DNA from: Ophelia neglecta
Taxonomy: Eukaryota
Length of the DNA: 64,000 bases
Direction of reading: 5' to 3'
NCBI GenBank assembly: GCA_965285935.1
Contig: OZ260663.1
Span: 81,344,001-81,408,000 of the forward strand
Shown: piece after piece, positions 26,501 through 39,499 of the stretch
How positions within the stretch are numbered: the first letter of the stretch is position 1
Layout: each line of letters begins with the position of its first letter
Made by a program: the position numbers and the translations under genes
Notes under the pieces: generated by a model
Databases searched by the model: none
What the model was told of the DNA's origin: nothing
Seen by the model: the letters and a program-made list of their open reading frames with translations, nothing else

Positions 26501-29500
26501 ATCACAGAGAATCAAAAGACTACACGACCGCCTTCGTGTTCCTGATAAGTAAATGAGTTAACGTATCCTGAAATTGTAGGTTTGCCTACTTGGGGAGGCA
26601 ATAGTTATGATAAGAGGCCTAAGAATCACCTGACAGGTGAAGAATGAGCGCCTTTAACGTATGACACTCTCGGTGGCTGTTAGACAAGGATCAAACAACT
26701 AAGCATTAATATGCGCTGTAAAACACACACAAAAACTTCTCAAAAGACTCACATTTATCAAAGGTGTAAAGTTTAACGCCCATTTCTGACGGCTAAAAGT
26801 TGGTGCCAACTGATATGACTGAAAGGTGATTAATCATAAATTTATTTTGTTCTCATTTCTTATGTTCTAAGCAATGTAAACGAAGATCCAGTGTCAAGGG
26901 GGCTCCGATTGGTTTCGAATTCCGGTAAAATGATACAAGTAAAAAGGATGAAGATAACCAAATTTACACACATGATTGGCATTTACGAGGTGGTAAAAAT
27001 CCTATATTAGAAGAGTATCGCACTTAAAGGTATGTTTTAATCCATACGTTACTATGCAACAAGTATATGGTGTAACTCGAGCTGGGAACTGGTTGTCAGG
27101 TAATTTATTTATAGTTTTGCAAACACAACGATTATATAATTATGAATAGTAATGTGTTATGTTCTTATTTATCATGATAACAAATAAAAAATGGAATCTA
27201 AAGCAACAACTTCCGGTCTGTACTGCATTTTTGTTTCCTGTGGGGTTCTCAAAGGTAATCAATTATCTCGGTAAAGCTTTTAAAATACCTTGAACTTATG
27301 TTGACAATGTGCACTAATTTTGACTCAGGATAGCAACTAATGGCTATGATAATTAAAAATAAGTATGTATGTATGCTGAGGTCGTATAGAGAGTCAGTGG
27401 CCGTGCGTGAACATCATGCTAACACGGGTCATCTACAGCTATAGAAGCAGCATATCCCTGCCTTAATTATCAAAGAACAGTTTCACCATCAAAGAAAACA
27501 ACGGCAACACCACATCAGAAGGTGATAATGGAGTATTATTATGCATGTCTTTGGCCCACCTGAGATGGACGATAGCCAAACGCACAGTTGCCGAGAGCGA
27601 TGCTGACTCCGGTCGTTTATTCTTAGTGGACGAGGTGGCAGAACGGCGTAGATACCAGTCCACCTTTTGACCTTTCTGTCTCTGAAACAAATGAATGTGA
27701 CCTTGGTATTTTTTTACGAGTAGAGACAGGCTGGCCGCTTGACGTCTCGGTACCTCCAGCAAAACGACACCCGCGGCAAACTACTGACTAACGGCCGAGA
27801 GTTAAATGTTAGAACACGGGGGGAATGCTAATTACCCGGCCCTGATGAAAATTACATGGCGTGTTTGACATAGGTTCATTGTTTGTCGTTCAGGTAATTG
27901 TCGTTTGGCCCATCATGCTCAGGGCGCCAAATTCAACCGGCAAACGCCACAGAATTCGAAAGGACATAACATCTAATTTCTCTGATGTAGCTTCATCTTT
28001 GTCCAATAGAAATACCATTGAAATTAATTGCCTAATAATGCAAGTGCATTAGGTTCTTTCTCACACTCAAAATAACAATTTTGTGATCGATAGCATAACC
28101 TCGTCTGAACATAGGCCCAAGTTGGTGCACTTTTTGTAAAGTTCTTATGAACCAAACCAATCTCCGCCAAGTCTTGTCTTATGACTGGGTGTTTCTTAGT
28201 GTTATGTGTGTTTAGCTATCCATTTAGGATTATATACTGGTGCATAGATTTAAACATCGCTCTTCACTAGAGTGCACGAACTCACACTTATTGGAGAACC
28301 CTGAAACATTTACCCAGACATTTAGTACGTCTGCGTTGGAAATTGTCGATCGAAAGACCACCCTTTGAAGTAATTTCACAATATATTGGTCAAAGGCCAT
28401 TATCATGATTCAAAGGCAATTTCTTTGCCACTTCTTTAAGACCTTTATTGGATGACCGTACTACTAAAAGATTTATTGCTCACAATCAAGGTGTTCCTAA
28501 TGAGTGAGAGGGCTGGGACTCTTTTGATTTATATATTGCTACACTGTTGTGAATCACTTGATTGACACGGTAGAGAACAAGTAATCATAGTTTTACGACA
28601 AGTGATTTTCGGCAATAACCCCTGTCCGCCGCTTTGAGACACCATGTTAGATCATTAGTCCGCCATCGCCAAAACCTTAACGGTTGCGTTTGATAGCTTA
28701 GAACCAATCTTGTCAGGTTGGCTTTGGCAGCTAGATGGTTCTGATTGATATAAGAGGCAGAGTACCTGGCGCCATTTTGACTTTAGGTGTCTAGAATGGG
28801 TTACAAGTACCACCAAGGCTCGGCAAGGAATCACAGCACCGGGATGAAATGGTTAAAGCAGGGTGTATCAGAAAATGATGTCTACCAGTCCAGGGAGATA
28901 ATCGACCGTGCTTTATCTATCTACACCCCGTGGCCTCGTTTGTCCTGCTAATAAAACTTAGTAAAGTGCAAGGCTTGATGATGTATTATCTAGATTTTTT
29001 AATAGCAGTCAGTGGACGTGTTATTTCTGGAAGCCCCCGGTGGCGATCGGTTCAGTAGTGGTATCATTCATGGCAGGACAGTGTTTTGATTGGGGACGAG
29101 TTGTTATCTCACTAATTAGAAGCTTCAGTGGCAGTTGCCACCCGAGACACGAGAGAATGTGTTCATCTCACCGAGAAGGGAAGGTACAGCCAACTGATGA
29201 CAATTTGACATGACTTTTTATCAGTGATTAATGAGTTGGCTATCAGTTGTCTCGACTCGGGACGGGGAAGGGAACTGAAGAGGGTTGTGACAGGTGATTA
29301 GATCAGCCTGGAGACAGCAGGAAGGGCCGCGCTTCACAGCCCGCTGACAATGTACCACCCCTCGCCTCACCACCCGCCTAACCACTGTATTGTCTGCTCC
29401 TAAGAATCATCTCGGTAGGAGAGAAATGGAGCAAAAGTGGAACCAATTCAAAGCAATGGGTCTCGTGGCAGCCTAAACACAGATCATTACCAGCACAGAA

Positions 29501-31644
29501 GGGGTTGTGCATTTATTGCAAGATAAATGTCTAATTAGCGTCCACATTTTAGTGATTTGTCTCTCCCTGAAAGCCGAGAGGTCAGCAGGCCACTTTGACA
29601 AGATGGTGCCAAATAACAAAGCAACATAAGAATATGGCCAAGCCAGACCACCAGAGCGATTTCTTGTAAAATTGAAAACGCTTTTTAACAACTACACAAC
29701 TACACACGCATGACCAGACTGCGCTGGATGGCAAGGAAGACAAAATAATGTGCGTCTCGGTCAACAAAAATTGTAATGGTATTTATATTAAAGGACTTTA
29801 ACATTAGTATTAATAGATGACGGCGTTACACAAGACTCACGGCTCATCACATATATGCATTGCCATTGCACATGTCAGTCGTTAAAAATACAGAAATATC
29901 TATTATATAAAATGGCGACCATTACTTCTATTTTTCCCTTTTTTGATAGCTTCGGGTATAGAAGATTTGGATAAGAAAAGTCCACCTTTCATTTCAGGGC
30001 CACATTCATCGAACTCATCAAAGGCGTTATGACGCTTTGTTTATCATTGTCGTCTGCTTTGTTTCACTTCCGGTTTGCTCTTGGGGCAAGTCGTTTAAAA
30101 AAATGCTTTGCATGCAATCATGTTTTCTTTTGTGCGCATCAACTATTCAGGCTTGCCTTTTGTTCATCGAAACGGTGGTAGCCTTTACCCGGCCAGCCGA
30201 GTGTCTCGTTCATCGTAATCATGCCCTGGTCGCTCGATCTGTATTTTGAGCAAGGTGTCTGGACCCCGCAGCCTGTAATCCGTCATGCGGTCTATATTAG
30301 ATTAGTACGGTATTTACACGTGTTCGTCGCCCGGTAACAATGCCAGACTTGATACTACACATGTAGACAGTGTACTGCTCCCCGTGCAACAGGGAGAAAT
30401 AAAATTAGCCAAATGTATAATTTCATTTACGGCATGCGAGCTAGGTACGTTTAATGCAATTAATTGTGATTAATCGTCTGTTTTGAGCGTGGGGCCGGCC
30501 TGCTGTAGGGCGGGTGTGTGGGCCCTGAAACCCCCGAGGAGACGCCGCTGTCAACCGCCCTAAACAGCCCGCTTCATCACCCAACCTCAATTACATTACA
30601 GCCTACCTTGGTGGGACATCGGGCAGCAGTGTATCAGGCCAATCAATTCGCCAGTGTCACACGTAATTGTTTTATTTTCTCATGATCATTTATCATCCAC
30701 AATTAAATATTCCGACGGAGGTGTGCATCTGGGCTAGGCCACAAATGAGGAAGCTGGACCTTAGCAGTCGGTCAGAGGTGGCGGGAAGCACCGGCAGGCT
30801 GGGGATACTGCCCTCCATCATCATAAAAAAGAGGCAGCTCAGGAGAAAATTTAAAACCTGTATCTAAATAGAATGGCTTAGCTGACAGGGATGTCTTACG
30901 TATACCGCATTTGGTATGCATAGTGCAATGCTAGCTGGCCCAAAAATGCTGGTCCAATTTTTTAATTTCTTAATATAAGACAAGCCATTAAGATTGTCAA
31001 TTAAGAATTATCAAAGTTTTTTTTCTTGTTAATTAGTCCATTAGTCCATGCGCTAAACTTTCATGCCCACGTGTTATTATGGGTCAGGGTTCTGGCTTTT
31101 CTACTTCGTTCTCTAACGCCGTATGGTGAAGTTGTATTCGTTGTGTTTCGTTTAGCTGTTTGCTTCAGGGGGCGCCACTTATTCACCAACACGACTACTG
31201 GCATTGATATCCACTCAGCTTGAGTGTGCTTCGTCCAACACAAGGCATACATGAAATTAGACACGGATGTCTCGATAGGGCTAACATATCTTTGTATTTT
31301 CTTCAAATGTTGCCATAAAATATCAATGAATTTCATTCATTGCTTCAGGTATATGTAGGTGTTCTATGAAGGAAACCACTCTTGCTCTTCTCAATGTCAA
31401 CTGAAGATATCTACATAGGTCCATTCGTGCTTGAATTCTGCCTATTTTATTTTATTTTCTACTTTTGGTATGTGCTGTTAATCCCCCTATAAGATGACTT
31501 GGTTTGAATTTTCAACCAGAAAAGATACACTCAAACAGTTAAGTAATCGGAAAAGGCTCTCTTTTATTTGGAGATATAGACACTCAAAACCCATTTCAGA
31601 ACCTTTGACAATGACCTGGCGTCCTCCAGTTATCACAGTTATCT

Positions 31645-33200
31645 AAATTCAAATTCAAAATAAATTTCCAAGTGTGTTTTTATTGCCATGATACATTAAA
31701 GTACATCACATATAACATGATATATTGTTTCATATACCGTAATTAAATCATGGCAAAGAGGAATGACACCATGAGGTGTATATCTCCTCTCATCAGGAAC
31801 ACTTAATTTCTTTAGGAACAACAGAGTGAAAGAAATGTGCATAATAATGTAAAAAAAGAAAACATATTGTAAGTATACAAATGTATAATCAAGCAAACAT
31901 AAATGTATATACATACTATGGTTTAACTAAAAATATGTTGGCCTTAATAGAAAAGATACTCTCCCAATGGTTTTTACATAAGGATATAGAACATTTTAAG
32001 TCTAAGTAGGCTAAGGTCATTCCATATTTTCACTCCTCTGAATCTAGCTGACAGTTAGACATTGGCATTTCTCGCCAAGGAAGATGAATATTGTTTAGCT
32101 TGTCTGGTATTGTAATATTTAAAGTAAAACTTATGTTGAACATATCAGGTAGCATTCTATTCATAAATTTGTACATGAACGTAACACTGCATATATATGG
32201 ACATTTTTTACATTTGAAATTTGCAGTTTCAGAAATAAATGTGCCGAGTAAACTTTATATTTAGCTGATTTAATGACTCTTACGACCCTTTTCTGTATTT
32301 TAATACTAGATAACATGTGAACATCACCGGCACTTCCCCACACTTCAATACAGTAGGTAACATTTGGAAAAATTAATCTGTAATATAGTGTCAATATCGT
32401 TAGGTATTGAGAGATTTTCTAGCCTTACACAATATTCCCACCCCCTTAGAGAACTTGTTCCGGTTCATATTTATGTGGTTCATCCATGACATTCTATCAT
32501 CGATCATAACACCCAGAAACTTTGTAGATCCGTTTTTTATATATTCCCCATTTATTATTACTGAACAGTTTGACATATCATTCCTCATGCCTGACATTAA
32601 CACTTCGTAGTGGGTTTTTGACTTTAAGGGAGTGCTTACTTGCAAAAAGTCATAAGACAATTTTTTAAGTTCTTGATTCATAGTTTTTCAGAGTAATTGA
32701 TATTTTTCCCCCTAACAAAAATATTGGTATCATCTGCAAATGATTATGGAAAAACCGCTGAAGACACATTTATCATATCATTAATGTAAATAATAAACAA
32801 TAGGTGTCCAAGAATCGAACCCTGAGGAACTCCACGGGTTATAAGTTGTTCAGTAGAATTAATATTATCAATGGATACGAATTGCTTACGCCCAAACAAG
32901 TAGCTTTTTTTATCCAGTTGTAAGCACAGAATCCCCTGATGCCACTTTTAAATAGTTTTTAGCAATAATATGCTATGGTTAACCGTATCAAAGGCTTTAC
33001 TAAAATCAAGCAATACACCCAAAACGAAATCGCCATTGTTAAGTGCATCCATTATCTTATTCTTTAAAGCAAATATCGCCATATTGCTACTGTGCTTCTC
33101 CCTAAATCCAAATTGATACTTATATAATATATTACGACTATTAATAAAAGAACTTATTCTATTATGTTTTAGTCTTTCGAATACCTGACAGAATACACCT
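31645..33200 (-). mobile_element. 5'-truncated, decayed non-LTR retrotransposon (CR1/L2-group LINE), RT domain to 3' tail
   Basis: Frameshifted RT motifs: [26 protein letters not shown] (about 32807-32833), FADD (about 32729-32740), KFLGVMID, YCIEVWG. The 3' end has AATAAA then TTTGAA repeats near 31645-31685. Confidence 0.92.
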
Positions 33201-35911
33201 AGTCCCATCTAACGAGAACCCACCCATGTTAGTTGAGTAATATAAATGGCGAATCAATAGATATCGCCGTGCAAAATGACGTATTTTTTGGCTTCACATA
33301 TCAGCGGTTGCTTTGATCTGATGAGACGAACACCTCTTGACATCAGTCGAGCTTTGTCAAACATGGAAGATTATCACTAAACAGGCTTACCTTGATTCCA
33401 TACGTCCAGAAGTCCCATGGGGCGAACTAGACAGGGCTTGATAGGATTCATCAATCATTGACGGGCTATACTCGACTGATAGCGAGCGCTCCGGACTCCT
33501 TTGAAGTGAAAGGACTTCCTCTCCTGCCTACCTCTCATTTCAATGTGTTTTGTTAAAACAATTAACATTGCATGACTCTTGTAATTAAACAAATACCGAA
33601 TATTGGCTCAATGGAAATGTTACCTTTGATCTGTGGGAACAAATGCTCGACTAATTTCAAATAAACTTGGAATAGTTTACTACAATAATTTTTTAAATGA
33701 AAATTAGGCCCGGTACTGTTGCTTTATAAAATTCTAACTCTATAGAAAGATAAACCTATAGTTATACACGATAAATAGACAAATATGTACTTAAAGCTTA
33801 ACATAAAGTTCCAATAATCACATATTCTGGTTTTAAATAGGCTCCTATTTTTTAAAATACCAAATCATATATCATTGCATTATCTTAAGTGCCAAGTCGC
33901 CTGAACGCCTTTAGCTATGAATATCGGCTTAAAGTGTGAAATCACTTGTTAAGCAATGCCCGCTTTTTGTTGAGTCCTTGCTTGACAGAGAATATGGTGT
34001 CAAATTCATGTGTTTATAGGAAATATTGTATGTAATTCGTGCGTGATAATCGTCACCCCCAATAACTATGGCTAAATATGTGTGTAATGGATTACTTATA
34101 GGTCGTACAAAAGGTTTTCTTAGCATTAAAATGATATAATAGCCAGTTTTGCGCAATAACAAAATTGTTTTTTTCATTTGCTTTACCATGTTATTATATA
34201 GTGTACAATTTATTGCTAATTATTGAAGGGGGTAATGTTTGTTGCAAACTAGTGCGATGCCATCCACCGGGGCTTGGGATTTATGACATTATTTTTGTAC
34301 TAGTTATCAGCTAGACAGTAAGGAGAATATTAGTATATTTCATGTTATCTTAACCATGCTTAGCGATTACAAATCTCTAAAGTTGTGTTTGTATGATTTA
34401 CTGGAATGTGATTAGTTAGTTTTCGCGCCGAGGGAGAGCTGACTGGTTAAAGATAAACGAGACATGAACATGGACAATGTTGTCATCACCCGTGTACAGG
34501 TGTGGATGACTGGATGAGGCGCGATATCACCGGGCCGGTCGAGAAGTACCCCGCCGACACCCCTCCTCCCCGGGCTGTCTCTGCATATATAACTCAGATC
34601 GGTGTTCTCACCTCGGAAGAATCTCTGGGACGGAGCTAGGCCGAGGAGGGTTGTCACCAAGTGGGTAGCGGCTCATACTCTTCCGCCCCATACAGAGGAA
34701 ATGGGGTGGATATTTATCCAACCCTTGCCCATTTTTAAGCCGAATACTCACCCTTACAACCGCAGCCTATACCCGTACATTACCCCTATCCACCCCCTGG
34801 ACTTCTTGGCCACACCCTTACTCCGCCAGGTATATGTAAACACAGTTGATTACAACCAGGGTTCGCGAGTTTACTCCAGTTGAGAGATCTAAGCAGACGA
34901 TAATTACACACAGTTTGCCTTGTATTAGTCATCTAACTTTGGGAATAGGCAGACGTTTTTAAACTTCTAAAATATTTATAATTTCGCGCAAAGCATTGCG
35001 ATAAAAAATCCTACAAATATAGGCCTAAACACGACATTAAACTTGATTGAAACACATTTTTAAAGGCCTTATACATATGGACCTTCCATAATATATAAGT
35101 TGCATTTGAGGGTACAAGCTCCGATAGGGATGTCAGAACCTTAAATAATACCTTATCAAATGATGCTTTTGATTAACAAATGATAAATTTATATGATTAT
35201 CAAGCGATTAACTCATCCTGTCACTGTTGTTCTTATAGTTTTTTTTATCGGGACATCGTCTGTTGTCGGGTGAAGTGCCTGTAGTATTATAGAACTGACG
35301 TAGAGTTGCCAAAGTCGATGTTTTGGCACGATAAGCCTAATTATGTTTGACAAGAAGTTCGACATCAAGTCCCTCAGTTTATCCGTCCAAGTTGTCCCTA
35401 AACGTATGTCCAAACTCTTATGTGGTTAATACTATAATACAGCGCGATAACGGCCCGAAAAACAACCTTCAAACGGAAGTTCACTTGTCCCTTTTCACTT
35501 ATCGATGGTCAAAAATAGCTCGGTGTCTGTATTGACATCTAACATTAAAGTTAATACGGATAAAGATCCCTACCCCCTGCGTGAGCCCGCTCGTTAGTAC
35601 TTATCACATATGTCATCGACTAGATATTGTTTTAGACAGAGAATATCTTGTGAGTAGGACTCGTAACCTAACAAATCTGCACCCCTTTGAGATAGTTTTA
35701 GACACCATGTTTCTGGATAGATAACGAACAGTTCTACAAGCCAAAATAATTGGGATATTTCAACAGAACAAGAGCCAAGAAAAAATGAAAGAATTCATTG
35801 CACTCAATTATTTTCAGTTATGGCGACAAGGCTTTGACAGACATTGATACATACGGTGGAAGGAACAACCTTGTTGATTTTTCCGACAGAGCATGATTGA
35901 AGATGCTTTAA

Positions 35912-37710
35912 GGGTATACCGAACCCCTACTGGATGTTAAATTTCATAATTGGGCGATTTTTGAAAAAGTACTGTTTTAGATAGAGCTTGATCTGCTCTA
36001 TCCATTGGTGTGTTTATTTTCATTCTTAGCATTTTAAAATTTAGTCAAAAAAGGATTTTTATTCATGCCCATCAGCTAATTGTTTGTTTACAAACAAGAC
36101 ATGTTATGGTATTGTTAGCCACATGACCATAGTGATCAGCCATGCATGACCAAGCATTAGGCAATGGCAATTAGGCTCCTCCCCACTCACTGGATCACTG
36201 ATAGTTGTGATAAACTGAATAATATGACAGGTGGGATACCTGTACATAATATGTTAGTGTGCCCAAGAAATCACTAATAGAACTCATGTAGAATGGCTCC
36301 AAGGAAGAGGCTGTGTCTGAATTTTCATATGACAATAAACTTATCAATAACAGTATATAATAGGTCTACAGAATGTATAGCAAGCTTTGACATAGAGCCC
36401 GATGAAAACGACGACAAATACAGATAATTGCGCTTCATGTACATGTAGTCTACGTGCTTTATTATAGAGCGTGTGTCAGAAGGCATGTACATGTATGTGA
36501 GCGATAAAAGGTGAAACAAACGTTCCTAACTTACTAGATGTATATTTATCGCCGAGAATTTCACTTTATCAAATTCAACAGAGGCTAATCCATTCCTACA
36601 GGCACAGACCACAGTTTTTCCCACAATTGGCCGCAATCTAATTACAAATGTTTGAAAAGGGTCTCTCTTTCCGTCCCATCCTTTAGGAATATCCCACCAT
36701 CCACAATTATTTTGTATATGAAGTACACGGTATTTGCAATAATCAATCGATGTCTGAAGTCAAATATTATTCTTTCGCTAATTAAATTCCAACTGATGAT
36801 GCATGCTTTATATTTGACAAAGTCGCTAAACTTATATAAACAGATGATCTGTCTGATACCACTAATCTCCCCTACTTGGCTCCGCCCATAAGGGCTGACG
36901 CGACGGCATCACAGCCAATTAAAATGTGTCCGTGTGGCTCACCACGTGGAACTGAAAGAGTGACATTTCAATCGACTAAAACTCACCGACTAAACTTTCA
37001 AAATTACGCTTATGATTGGAAGAAAGAAAATGACAGTTTGTGGGATTGTAGGGGACTATACTGCCCTAGTGGCTAGTGAAAAGGTGAGAATGCATCAAGC
37101 CAAATCCAGGCGTCCAAGTGAGAATAACAGTGTTCCGGCGCCTTCTTTGTTGATTAGCCGCGAAGATGAGTTGGTGTAAATTGCAAGCTATTAATCATTT
37201 TCAGACAACGCTGGCCTCGTCAAACTTTAACCGAATTAAAATCCGCAAACGGCAACTTGTCAACAAGAGTTAGATCTAGTAAACGGTCATTCAGATTTTT
37301 TATAAGATTTTCCATCAATTAGTAATCAATCGCCAAAGTTGAAATAGCCAATAATGAGTACTATATTAGATGACTAGTTACAAAGCCTATTTAAATCACT
37401 GGTTAGGAGAGGAATTTGGAAAATCTGAATGACCGTTTACTAGTTTACACTCTTAGGAACACATTGGCACAACTGTCACACTTGTAAATAATGTCAGTGG
37501 TTCATGGCAATCTTTGAAAAAAATACCTATATTTTCTGACAAAAAGTGCTACAAAGTCACAATTTTCAATTTTTTTTTCAGAAATTTCCACTCATAGGCC
37601 TTATGGTACCTAGTGGGCACTATATATTATGAAAAATTTGTTGTATATATTGTAATCGTCGACAAAAATCAATTATAACACTTTACATCAACTAGGGGTT
37701 CGGTATACCC
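35912..37710. mobile_element. Non-autonomous TIR DNA transposon with TTAA target duplication (Kolobok-like)
   Basis: Perfect 18-bp TIR GGGTATACCGAACCCCTA with imperfect extension to about 40 bp. TTAA at 35908-35911 and 37711-37714. Purine (GG) 5' termini. No transposase ORF. Confidence 0.85.
37276..37443. mobile_element. 168-bp MITE-like inverted-repeat element nested in the TTAA transposon
   Basis: Perfect 24-bp inverted repeat CTAGTAAACGGTCATTCAGATTTT (37276-37299) / AAAATCTGAATGACCGTTTACTAG (37420-37443). Confidence 0.75.
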
Positions 37711-37869
37711 TTAAGATGTTGGTCTAATGGAAGAAAGTGTTGGTAAAGCTAATCGTTTCGCCAAGAGGAAACGAACGCTGACAGCCTGTTTGTAGGTATA
37801 ATTTACAGGACATAGTTCATCATATTTAAGAGATGAAAATATTTTCACCAACACCAACTAGTCATGCTT

Positions 37870-39177
37870 CTTTTAATAGATTATAGCACATAAATATGTC
37901 TTGATAACTAGGTAAAGGATCAGCATAGATGTTTGTATAATACGTACAGGCCTTGTATTATACACGTATTAAGATACAGCAGAATGAACTTCAACTATTT
38001 ACGGAGATTTATAGATTTCATGTCGTTTTCTGCACGAAAGAACACGTAGTTTGCTTTAATAATGCGAGCCGACAGTTCACCTTGAGAATCAGTACCGACT
38101 ATAAAATGATATCAGTCTTATATGAATTGATCAAGTTAAGAAAGTGTAATATTTTATATTATTTATTCTACTGCATTATGCATTTTTTCCTTTCATATAA
38201 TCATATCGTTCACAATCAGCAGTTAATATTTATGAAAACAACATAACACACTGTAATAAAATGTACGCTTCATTCTTTTTACAAGCAGTCTGAGGTATCT
38301 GGCTAGTGACATCCTACAAAGAATGCAATTCGATAATGACACTATTACATCATAATACACGTCACATTCATATATAGATTATTTATAACGGGAAACAGAT
38401 TGTCTGTGCATTTCACACGATAGAGATAGGATATAACTATCTATACATTATATCTTAATGCTTGTCCGGAATACGAGATATTCACGTGCGAACCAGAGCT
38501 ATATTCACACGACATATAGTCCCTAATTACTCATGATAACCAATGTTCAGCACCACTAAACACATTAACTGTTATTAATGATTTGACAGGGAAATACAAA
38601 GTGACCAAGCAGAGCACATCACTGAGATGCCCCATTAATTACAATCCTTAGCCCAGGTATTATATTGCTGGCATTTAGCCATATATATATATTTATATAT
38701 ATATATACATATATATTTGTTATATTATATACTGTTATACATAATAAAACAAGTAAATTCTATAAAACCATTGGATTTCCTAGGTCCAGTAATAATATGT
38801 AACAATATTTACAACTGAAATAATAATACGAAGTTATTAGCCTGTATTGAAAATACATTTTGTTGAGACATTCAAACAAACTTAAAATCATGAAGCTGGT
38901 TCAATCTTAGATTGACCCATATCATGGGTAATGCAGTCCGTAACTGAAACTACTTTTGGCGTTTTGTCACACTGTACAAATTGTACAGATAATGAATGAA
39001 CCGGAAGTCCTTAACTAAGACCCCAACACGAAGTGTGAAAGGGGCCTGTGTTCTAATATTTGCACCGTTGCCCGTTTATGAGTGGATTCATACTCCAGAA
39101 ACCTTTTATTCTGAACTAACACACTGCATCAGCGTTATTGTTATTCATTTATAAATAATAAGGTTTCCTACATTCAG
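37870..39177 (-). other. Probable Irx-B 3' UTR (end uncertain)
   Basis: AT-rich sequence after the stop. Candidate poly(A) signals on minus: AATAAA at 39110-39105 and 38167-38162, ATTAAA at about 37877-37872. Confidence 0.5.
38681..38731. repeat. Imperfect (TA)n microsatellite in the Irx-B 3' UTR region
   Basis: Direct reading. Confidence 0.85.
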
Positions 39178-39257
39178 CTATCGCCGCTGTACTACTGGTC
39201 TGAAGGCAGTTGTCCCCATCCCGTTTCGGGAGGCTTCGGACACTCGTCTAACCTCTC
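39178..39257 (-). CDS. Irx: Irx-B terminal coding exon 6 (GEVRRVSEASRNGMGTTAFRPVVQRR*)
   Basis: Acceptor ttgttattttcgatttcag in the correct phase, TAG at 39180-39178. TAFRPV resembles the TAFQPV C-terminal motif of vertebrate Irx3. Confidence 0.85.
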
Positions 39258-39499
39258 CTGAAATCGAAAATAACAAAACTCGTAAGAAACAGTTCAAGCA
39301 TTACTTGCAGATTCATAAGTTCTTATTTCATTACTATTATTTCAATTACACATCTAAGATATGCTTATATTTAGGTCAGCTTTTCATAAATCATTATTAA
39401 AAAATAAGCATTGACTCTAGTGAAGGCAAAAATCAATTTGAAATGTTTTTACAACTCATAAAAATGGAATGGAAAATTGATGAAAAAGACGACACTTAC

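Noticed and set aside
32161-33208. RT ORFs as an active or domesticated reverse transcriptase system
   Set aside because: Multiple frameshifts and stops plus 5' truncation indicate an ordinary dead LINE copy.
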